NCBI GenBank assembly: GCA_964016885.1
Contig: OZ024750.1
Location: forward strand, 15,686,001 to 15,750,000
Source: Eledone cirrhosa
Lineage: Eukaryota
Length of the DNA: 64,000 nt
Reading direction: 5' to 3'
Below are positions 53,651 through 64,000 of the stretch, piece by piece (position 1 is the first letter of the stretch; the number at the start of each line of letters is the position of its first letter). The notes beneath the pieces were generated by a model, which saw nothing but the letters and a program-made list of their open reading frames with translations, searched no databases and was not told where the DNA came from. Position numbers and translations under genes: made by a program.

Positions 53651-54987
53651 GGAAAGGTTTTATACTATGATTAGTCAGTATCTTTGATGAGAATGATATG
53701 AAGCAAGACAAAGTCAACAGTAGCAAGCAACCATTGACAGATACTTCCAAATACATAGTCAAGCAGTTGACCATTTTCAGCATATAAACACAAGTTTAAT
53801 ATATAGTAATGATTTGGAGTTTCCTACATTGGGGTGGGTGACTTGGAATGTAAGTAGAAAATGTGTTAATTCGGTTCAAGAATCTATAAGTTAAAGTCTG
53901 TTCTAAGCTGAAGGCTCATCAGGTTGGTGTTTATATCTGATTTCCTTGGCATTAAGCGACTAAGAGTGCAAGACTTTCCCTGGATAGAATCCCAGTTTAT
54001 CACAGGTTTAACCCCCCAGCCACTGCTGGTACTCATCTCAACTGAGTGTACTGGAACATCATGGAATAAAATGTTTTGCTCAAGAACACAACACACAGCC
54101 CAGTCCAGGAATTGAACCGACATTATAATTATATGTCAAGCATCCTGACCATTAGACCTTGTGCCTTCATGCATCCGTAAGAGTATGGATATATAAATGT
54201 GTGTATATTTAAGCCTAATATCTTATTCACTGGTACTCAGTGCGCATCATCTACATAAGCCATGAACTAATGATTTTATTAAATCTTTGTTATAGCAGTA
54301 ACCACCTGCATTAGTCCTACATGAAGTTGAGTGACAATGCATCAGTTTCTAGCTAACTTAGAATGTATTGCTTTTCAAACTGGTTATCTGCCTGTCCTAT
54401 ATCCATATGTTACATGTACTACTTATCAACGTATGAACTGCACTTTAAAACAGAGGGCACTATTTTAGAAATCTGTGTAGAGTTATCATCATTCATTGTC
54501 ATTTTTACATCTACTCTTCCATGTTGGCATGGATTAAATGGGATGGTTTGAGACAAGGTTTTACAGCTGATTGCTCTTTCTAGTGCCAACAATTTTAGTT
54601 ACTTCTTACAACACACAGGGATACGGTGTACCTATTCACACCTTGTTTCATTACCAAAGCTATGTTCCTGTGCAAAAGTATCAATAGGATGTTATAAGAT
54701 ATTTTTTCCTGAGTCAGTCATTTAACACCAAGTACCATACCAATTGGGACACAAAATCGATTGATTGATATAAATTGTCATTGCCCCCAAACCATCTAAC
54801 AAATGACTATCAATTATAACTGATTATATAGTTCTTCTTAGGTTTTATATAGTGTAATCACTGGTTTACAACTTAATGAGCAAGGAATAGTGAGAGACAG
54901 ACAGACAGGAAGCATGAGTGCTGAGATAGAACTTAAAAAACAAAATAAAACAAAAAACATTTGAACTGCTTTGATTGATTGATTACC

Positions 54988-55230
54988 TTAACCCTTTAGC
55001 ATTTAAGCCGGCCAGAATTCTCCCACCTCTTTCTGCTCATACCAATGTTATGGTATTGTTATCAAAATCTCATAGATCTGATATTATGTGTGATATTTAT
55101 GTGAGGTAAAGCCTTTACCATGAAAATATAATAGTATATATAGAGTAATGTAAATGCTTAAGAGTTAAAAGAGTAAAATAACAAAGGAACTATGACTGGT
55201 ATGTAGTAAAAGGTAATGCTAAAGGGTTAA
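54988..55230. mobile_element. TTAA MITE with an extra terminal repeat
   Basis: TIR at 54988; ends at about 55168 and again at about 55230. Confidence 0.8.
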
Positions 55231-56489
55231 ACTGGATTGTTTAACAACCTTTGAGATTATATAAATAGTCATATAAAATATAAGAACACAGTGAAGCTTG
55301 TGAGATCAAGGTGGTAGCTTTGCTTTGGTTAATGTTACAATAACATCAAACAATTTAGGTTGGGTCTACTATCCAAGTGATGAGATTTCTGGACACTGAA
55401 CATTTATAGATAACTGTAATTTCCACCAGCAGGTCGTTATCAAATTGATTGATTGGAGAAAAGTCAACTGGTAGGTCGATTTGCATCAGTAGAATAATAT
55501 AGACAGAAACAATGGCAATGAAGATATGTACTGATGTGTGTTAAAGTATGAGCACTGATAGGATTGTACTAATGGACATGATTGCGCAAGCATTGTTGTT
55601 ATATAGAATAAACACATTATCTCCTACCACCACCACCACCACAAATCAACAGACTTAGATTGTTAGATAAATGGAAAGACAAAAACATTTCTAGCCACCT
55701 AATAACATATAAAAACATATCTACATAGGTACACACATACAGAAGATAGATAACAACTATATGTCACGAGATAACAACTGCGATTAGGTATTCAAGTATA
55801 CATATACCGATATTATAAAATGGTAATTAAATTAACAGCAGGATACACACGACTGGTGTTGAACAATTTTCAATAATTATATCACATCCTTTAATGTGGT
55901 GGGATAGCAAAGACAAAATGGAGGACTAAGTATTTTTAGTTTGAATTCCATCAAGTGCGGGTTTTCTTTTTGCTTTTACTTTAATTTCCTCCAGATTGAT
56001 AAAATAAATACTACGCATATACTAATTTTAGGTCAGCTGACTAGATCCCCTACTCTGTGTCAATCTGAGATAACAATACTTATTTATATTTATCTAAGTG
56101 CAAGCAGACTTTGCAGTGTTGTTAGGTTTGTGATATTCATTCTGGCTTTTTGTGCTTTGAGTTCAAAACCTGTTGAAGTCAACTTTGCCTTTCACCTTTC
56201 ACAGGTTGGTAAAACAATGTACCACTCTAGTACTGAGGTGGATTTTTTTTGTCTATATCTTCTCTGGAAGAAATCAGCTTTGTTCCTACCTGGAGAGGTG
56301 ATGGGCTCTGCTAGGTTTCAAATACCTAAGACAAACTCTATGTCATGACACCTCCCCAGCAACTCCATCAGGAGATATGGTTCCATACATTAGATATGGA
56401 TAATAAAGCATATTTATATCCTCCTCCCCACAAAAAAAAGTAAATATTTTAAGATACAGATTCTGAGAAAATTGGTAGTGTTCTATCTA

Positions 56490-57680
56490 TCCTGACTGCC
56501 ATGTCACTCATGTGGTCTGTGAGGCTGCAACAACAACTTCCCATCTCAGTCATGCAAAGTGACAATAAATATTCGGAAAGCCATTCAAACTTCTGCAGCT
56601 GACACGCTAATGATGACAATCAACCAAACTCTAAACACAGACAGTTCACAATATTAGAACTGTCTCTTTTGTTTCACCACACTTGCAATTAAGATCTCTG
56701 TTGTCAAACAAGACGAATAAACCTCTCTTGAATCAAGGTTCAGAAGTAGCATTACTTCTGCCTGCCATCCCTCCCCAACAAGCCTCTTTGCTCTTTGCAG
56801 AAGGCAATATGAGATCTTCACAACTGTCTCAGTTCAAAACTTATTGAGAAAAATGTTTCTGCTGCAGTGCAAGTGTTGGCATCGACTGATATGGTCTTTC
56901 AAGCCACACCCAATGTCCTAACTATGCTTCATCTGAAACATATAGACACCTTGGCTGATATCAGAGCAATCCAACCCTTGATGGTAATATTCCTTTGATT
57001 CAAAGATAATGTAATTGTTGCTCTGAGATATCTCTCTCATTTTGCCTCTTTGTAATGCTGGACATGGCTAACACCCTTAACATGTCTCCTAACATACTCC
57101 TCCCTAACTGGCAACATTATTATTTCGCTTTGTTTTGTCCATTGATAACATTGCTAACCTCAACAATACAACTGAACAGTCCAGTTGAGTCTGTTGTTGA
57201 TGGCTTTCACAACACTAACCCAGATAGCTCTGCCTGACTGAGGTAATGATGACCTCACTGTCCCTGTCCTGCAGCTTGTCAATGTGACTGGGACAACTTC
57301 AAATACAATTTAGCTTGTATGATAATTGTGTCTTCCCTCAACCAATACTGTCTTGTCTGCCTTGTAACCAAACAGCATATGGTCCAATTCAGTGAGCCTT
57401 TCATTGACATACACTTCTTGAGGATGCATTCACTTGTATCAAGGTGGTCCCATGTCGGCCTTCTTGTGTTTGAACCACTTAGATTCCACCTGTGGAGTTA
57501 CTGTCAACTAATTGGGACAACACTCACAGTATAGGATGTTTTTCTCATCACTCTGCTATGAATATTACCATTAAAAGGAGCCTCGACATGGCCAGTTTTC
57601 TGTTACAACTGGAGCCTGTCAGCCTTGATCACAGAAAAGGTAGGCACTTGGAAGGGGTTAACTCCTTTCCTGTTTGAGAG
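56490..57680 (-). mobile_element. Decayed LINE (RTE-like) fragment
   Basis: GC-richer, coding-like block with many stops; the 3' end WEVVVAASQTT resembles RTE termini. The evidence is weak. Confidence 0.4.
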
Positions 57681-60333
57681 GAATAAGTCACTTTTCTAGA
57701 AAGTCATTGTAATTTATTTTTCTACGAACTTATATTAGCTTAAGTGTTTGTTACTCCTTGTCATTCCAATTTCTACATATTAAAATACTTTCATGCATAA
57801 TGTTTCTATAAACACGATAAGATTTAATAAGAGAACTATAAAGTGACAGACTTATGGAACACAATGAAATGAATACTTTGTGTGACAGCTGTCTAATTCT
57901 GATAACTAAACCCCACCTTGGTCAGCTCTAGAAAGTGGGATTTGTATTTATTTTAGAATAAATACTTCGGCTCAAAAGCAAATAGAAAAAAATGTTTTTG
58001 TTGTCATCGTTATCTACCGTAAACAAAAAGTCTATAACCAGATTCGATCCTAGAACTGAAACAGCTTCTCTTACGTCGTCAATTCCTAATATATCAATGT
58101 CTGTCAAGTTATAGCGTAGCCAGGGAGCGAGGAGGGGGATGGTCGCCCAGTGCGACACTTTTGGGTCTGTTGTATTAGCCTATATTGCTTATATAAGCTA
58201 CATAGAAATAAAAAGGGCTAAGGGTGGGGCTTGGTGGTGTTGGCAAGGAGCTGTTCCAGGTGGCACAGATTCTAACTTACACCACAGCTTTCAACGTTCT
58301 TGCAGACGTTTCGTTCACACTCTTCATGGGGTCTCAGCTGTCTACCTCTTCGCGGTCGGTTCTAGAAACTAATCTCTGTTCTCTATCAGGCGAACGACGG
58401 ATCTTTGATTTTTTCAGTTTGGCTGCTAGCAAGGGCCTTGTTTCAGGGGGGTACCAGGGGACACTTTTTCAAACGTCTATATTTTATTTTTGGTTTATTT
58501 GATATAATAATTCTTTTTAAGCTTATTTTTTATATATCTGAACTTCATTTGAATATATAAAATTTAATTAGCGTAACATTTTACTTATGTGATAGGGTCC
58601 GGGAAAGGCACCATAAGAAATTTATGCTCTTTTAAGAATCAACAAATGTTGGTTTGTCCCCCTCACATTTTAAAGACAAACGCGGCCCCTGGGCCCCTAA
58701 AGTTTATCAATTTTTTTTTAATTTGACACAAATTAATGTAGTTTTCCAAGCTGAATTGTTGGAGTTATTTCGTTTTTTCCAGAAAAATATTTTCATGGCA
58801 TTCATTAGCCTATAAATGTGTATCGTTGCACTGAATATGAAATTAATTCGAACAGAAATTGCCGCTGGCAGTTAAACCGAAAAGATCCCGAACGACAACA
58901 GTCTGAGACAGAAACAATCTCATACGCAAGAAGAAGGGACTCTTCATATATTTTACTATTTCATATTTTTCTCTTTCATTCATATATTCCGCTGACATAT
59001 AAGATCAAACTTTGTTTATTATTCTCGCCCGTGTTGCTAGTTTAATTTAAAAACAATAGCTGTGATCTCTCAAATACATTCATATGGAATGTAGGATAGC
59101 GTTATCCTACACTGGAAAGTCTGTAGCCAGGCTTTGAGGTTCACCCGAGCGATGAACCCGTACTCTCTATGTATTCGGTGTTATAACCTTATCTGAATAA
59201 TGAAGGTAGCAAGTTGTCAAATAAAGGGGCTAAAACGCTTAACAGATTTGGTAATGAATAAATGAAAGATTAAATAAGATAAGGAGAAGGGTTGGGGAGA
59301 AATAGTCGATTTTTATTTGTGAGTACGAGAGGAATGTGTCGGGTTAGGAATATGGAAGAATTAAAAAGCAGAGGGTGGTCCTGCTAGAGAATATAGATAA
59401 ATATACGTCTTAAAATGGAGAGAAGAATTTGTATTAGATTAAAAGAAGTGTGTGTGTGTGTGTGATGTAACGTTCCTCGGACAGATATGTGTGATGTAAC
59501 GTCTTCGGGTAAATATGTGTGTGAAAGAGAGAGAGAAAGTTGGAAGAAAGTGAAAGTGAGGTCTGAACTGTAAATGTATGGGACGTTAGTGGGATATACG
59601 TATAAAAAGGGAAAGGGAGAAGGGCTGTCGCTAAGTGTTATTACGTTACTTCGATAGGCGCTTACTGCACCGCTGCTGAAAGGTCTCATGTCCTTTTAGC
59701 TGACAACAGACTGCAACGAAATACCACCTTCCCTTCCCTTATCTGGCGTTTATTTCACGTTTTCAAACGCATTAAAAAAAGACAAAACAATTTTCAATTA
59801 CTGTATCAAAATGAAATTAATAGAATATAGATATATGTTGTCTTTAATTATGTATTGTAACAATATTATACTGATCACAATATTACGATCGAAAACGATG
59901 ATTATAGTTGTTTTAACGTTCATAAAGTTTAAATAATCCATATAGGTGGATTTCATTGAGGCCGTTACAATTCGATTCATTGTTATTACTGTTATGTAGT
60001 GTTGTCCTCATAGAAATCATTATTAATAATGATTTCTACTATAGGGCAGAGGAAAGTCGATTAAATCGACCCCAGTGCATTACTGGTGCTTTATTTAATC
60101 GACCAGTAATGCACGGGGAACTCGATTTAATCGACTTTCCCCTGTCCCAAAATTGCTGGCCTTGTGATTATAGTAGAAATCATTATTAATAACGAGATCG
60201 AAGATAATATTTACAAAACATACGAATTGCAACCATAACGATAGTAAGAAAACATTTTTCAGTGGATATATAATATTCAGGAGCTAAATAACATTGGATA
60301 TTTAATATTGTCAAGGGTATTTTACTTTCTTTT

Positions 60334-60387
<54 letters not shown>

Positions 60388-61671
60388 TTTTAACTGATCG
60401 AAAAACTTCAGAGTGGAATTTTAAACGGAGAAAGTTTCAACGAAAGAAAGGGAAAAAGTTACATAAGATAAGTAAAATGTAGTTGTTTATGAGTTTGTTG
60501 ATTTATATTATCCGTAAACAAACATGATCTCCAAGTGAAATAGCTTCTGTTATTGAAAATATATATGTGTATATATTTAAATAAAGAGATTTCACAACTT
60601 ACGGTTTATCCCATAACTTTTATCTTCCAAGCTTGATTTTCCAAAGTTATATTTTGAGCAGTGACCACTTCCGATATGGTATGAAAATATTTAGCTGACA
60701 TAAATGACAGCTCTAACGTTTCGTGTGTGTGTATGTGTATGTGGGTGTGTATATGTGTAGGCAAGTGCTCGTAACTTGTACATAACTCGTTAAGTTCTTT
60801 ACAAAACAATTCACTTTCAGATACTTTCTTCAATGGCATGACGTTCCGCGGCAAAAGAAATAGTTCTAAAATTATTTCGTTAAAGTTGCTTTTTCTAAGC
60901 AACGAAGCCAGTTTAAATTGGCATTTTAAAATATGGGTACTAGGTAGGATTTAATTTTGGTGAATTTTAAAGAGTGACATTTAATAATTTAATGAACAAA
61001 ATAAAACCGTGTCTGAACACGTGAGTTGTAACATTGAAAACGTGAGAGTGCGTAGTAATATGCACTTGGTTAAAAATAGTGATGCGATCGGACCATAATT
61101 GGTATTACAAAGCAGGTCAAGGTAGGATTCTTTGGTGGAAGGTTACGTGAATACATTAAGAAAAGAATGAACGATTAAATGAGTAAGTGGGTAGTATATA
61201 TATTGATAAAACAGAGAGAGAATTGAAACAGAGTGAAGGAGAAGGGATCATTAATACATATATATATATAGGTTGTGCGTAGAAAGAAAATTAACACATT
61301 ATTTACATTATCAAAAGAAGATTGTTATCGTTAAGCCGACCTCAGTAACAACGACAAAAACACCAGTATTTGTTTTTAATTTCTAAATCGAGTTTTTGTG
61401 TTTCATATTTAACCTTACGTAGTAATAATGTATTTATGTACAATTAAGAGCGATTACCTACATAAACAAAATGCCAAGCTTGCGATTTGGGGGAAGGAGA
61501 AATAATAATTTTTAGACAATACCTTATAGAAGGTTTTTTTAGTAATAGTGAAATAGTTACGATAAAGATCTCAGCCCCAAATTTACTGTTTACTTCACCG
61601 ACTACTTCCTATTGGTGTCGGTCGCTGTCGCGAGATCTCTGCTCGGAACAAGGCATAATATTCATGATTTT

Positions 61672-62068
61672 AATTGTTTTTACTTTTGGCACAAGGCCAG
61701 CAATTTCCTCAGTGCATTGCTGGTACTTTATCTTATCGACCCTGTAAGGATGAAAAACAAAGTTAACGTCGACGGGATTTGAACCCAGAACGTAAAGAGC
61801 CATAACTCTATGCTGCAAAGCATGGTGTCTGACGCTCTACCGATACTGCCAATTATTATAATGGTTTCTTATATAGGCACAAGGACAGCAATTTTGGGAG
61901 AGGGCAAAGTCGATTAAATCACCCCAGTGCGTGACTGGTGCTTTATTTTATCGACCCCGTAAGGATGAAAGGCAAAGCTAACCTCAGCGGGATTTGAGCT
62001 CAGAACGTAAAGGGCCATAACTCTATGCTACAAAGCATGGCGTCCGACGCTCTACCGATACTGCCAAT
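61672..62068 (-). mobile_element. Two tandem SINE family A copies (short then long)
   Basis: Shared core sequence. Confidence 0.88.
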
Positions 62069-62309
62069 GATTATAATACTGTCAAATTATAATTTAGTGT
62101 GCAAAAAAAGGGGCGGGGGACCACGGAAGTGAAAAAGGTCAAGTCAATTTTATTGAAAAGCAGGATTTCTACATTTTTTGACGAATCGAAATATTTGTAT
62201 TGGAAATACTACAGAGGAGAGTGCCATAAGGTATGGGTGTTTGGTCTGTTGGAAAGGAACATGGGGTGCGTTGAAAAAGTAGCCGACCTTTGGGCATAGA
62301 AAAACAACA

Positions 62310-62980
62310 ACAATTTTGTACATTTCACAAATTTCATTTAATCACCTTCAAAATACCACCCCTTTGGAGTTCTCCCAACAATTCTACCACTGTTGGTAAC
62401 ACACTTCTCCCAACAATTCGACCACTGCTGGTAACACACTTCTCCCAACAATTCGACCACTGCTGGTAACACACTTCTCCCAACAATTCTACCACTGATG
62501 GTAACACATTGCTCCCAGTAGTTCTACCACTGATGGTAACAGATTGCTCCCAGCAGTTCTACCACTGCTGGTAACACACTTCTCCCAACAATTCTACCAC
62601 TGATGGTAACACATTGCTCCCAGTAGTTCTACCACTGCTGGTAACACACTTCTCCCAACAATTCTACCACTGATGGTAACACATTGCTCCCAGCAGTTCT
62701 ACCACTGCTGGTAACACACTTCTCCCAACAATTCTACCACTGATGGTAACACATTGCTCCCAGCAGTTCTACCACTGCTGGTAACACACTTCTCCCAACA
62801 ATTCTACCACTGATGGTAACACATTGCTCCCAGTAGTTCTACCACTGCTGGTAACACACTTCTCCCAACAATTCTACCACTGATGGTAACACATTGCTCC
62901 CAGTAGTTCTACCACTGATGGTAACACATTGCTCCCAGCAGTTCTACCACTGCTGGTAACACACTTCTCCCAACAATTCT
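62310..62980 (-). repeat. Mariner transposase C-terminal remnant with a 35-bp minisatellite (about 17 units, 62372-62980)
   Basis: Unit CTCCCAACAATTCTACCACTGCTGGTAACACACTT. The minus strand reads QQW*NCWEKCVT and is followed by ...YFEGD*. Confidence 0.85.
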
Positions 62981-63318
62981 GTTCTGAGTTCAAATCCCGA
63001 CGAGGTTAGCTTTGCCTTTCATTCTTACGAGGTCGATAAAATAAAGCACCAGTAATGCACTGGGGTCAATTTAATCGACTCCCCCCCCCCCCCTCAAATT
63101 ACTGGCCTTGTGCCTATATAAGAAACCATTATTATGAATTTGAAAGGGATTGACAGTATCGGTAGAGGGTCGGACGCCATGATTTGTAGCACAGTTACGT
63201 CCCTTTACGAACTGAGTTCAAATCCTGCCTTTCATCCTTACGGGATTGATAAAATAAAGTACCAGTAATACACTGGAATAATTGGTGGCCTTGTACCAAA
63301 AAGTAGAAACAATTATTA
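62981..63318 (+). mobile_element. Two tandem SINE family A copies
   Basis: A 5'-truncated long copy followed by a short copy. Confidence 0.85.
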
Positions 63319-63637
63319 TGAATTTGATATCTCAGTCATTGATGTTATTTAACCTGAAAATTTGCCCAAATTAACATCAAGCCGCTACCTGTAGCCTCAG
63401 ATATTCAGGGCGTATTGGAAGGTCCTTGCTGGTCCCGGCAGTTATGCCTTTTGAAGTGTTCCACACACACATAACAAATTTAATATTAAAATGGCTTCTA
63501 TATTATTAGAACTGTTTCATTCGAAGGAAATCGAAACAGTTCTAGAAGCCATTTCTATATTAAATTTATTTGTTGTATACACCTACTAATGTATTGAGCA
63601 CCTTACTTACTGTAGTTACCCCCTATTGAACTCGATA

Positions 63638-63679
<42 letters not shown>

Positions 63680-63817
63680 GTAAGTATGTTTTGAAACAGT
63701 GAACAGGTTTGAAATTAGAAAATAGAATAGCTTTCACCGTATTTTTGACTAAAGGAATTTTAGCCTGATAATGGGGTTTAGAACCCTCAGATAAATGGAA
63801 AAAGATGAGTATTGACG

Positions 63818-63872
<55 letters not shown>

Positions 63873-64000
63873 ACTGTAACGTGCAGTTAGTGTAGGTTCT
63901 CTGGAGTGAGCACTCGGTGCATAGTTTCCTGTTGCTATAGAGATGTAGAACTAAGCAGAGTGTAAATATAATAATAAAAGCACGATTTGTTTTGTTATGT

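Noticed and set aside
57920-59200. CpG-richer block that might be a second gene or a DNA transposon
   Set aside because: I could not identify a domain, a consistent exon chain or clear TIRs, so it is left uncalled.
62372-62980. CRISPR-like appearance of the 35-bp periodic array
   Set aside because: There are no unique spacers and no cas genes, and the context is eukaryotic. It is a contiguous minisatellite; the same applies to the 88-bp array.

Overview
AT-rich, microsatellite- and SINE-laden animal genomic DNA. The repeat families look like those of octopod cephalopods (inference from recognition, not a search). I can support one protein-coding gene: a minus-strand nuclear receptor of the HR4/NR6A (GCNF-related) group. 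Five coding exons (24237-22394, 21356-21208, 20258-20197, 19606-18547, 17621-17422) join in frame through GT-AG sites into 3315 nt, or 1104 aa plus stop. Candidate upstream exons lie at 25697-25644, 28590-28558 and 29547-29460. The rest is intron, UTR or intergenic DNA with tRNA-derived SINEs, a TTAA piggyBac-type MITE, RTE/CR1/Tx1 LINE fragments, Tc1/mariner remnants, hairpin elements and tandem repeats. The most notable observations are: a CACGTG E-box cluster upstream of HR4 that includes two identically spaced pairs; a decayed intronic duplicate of the first zinc-finger exon end with an intact donor; a hairpin element whose arms co-vary between copies; a roughly 600-bp composite palindrome; and a 35-bp minisatellite built from mariner transposase coding sequence. 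All counts were made by eye, and repeat boundaries are approximate.
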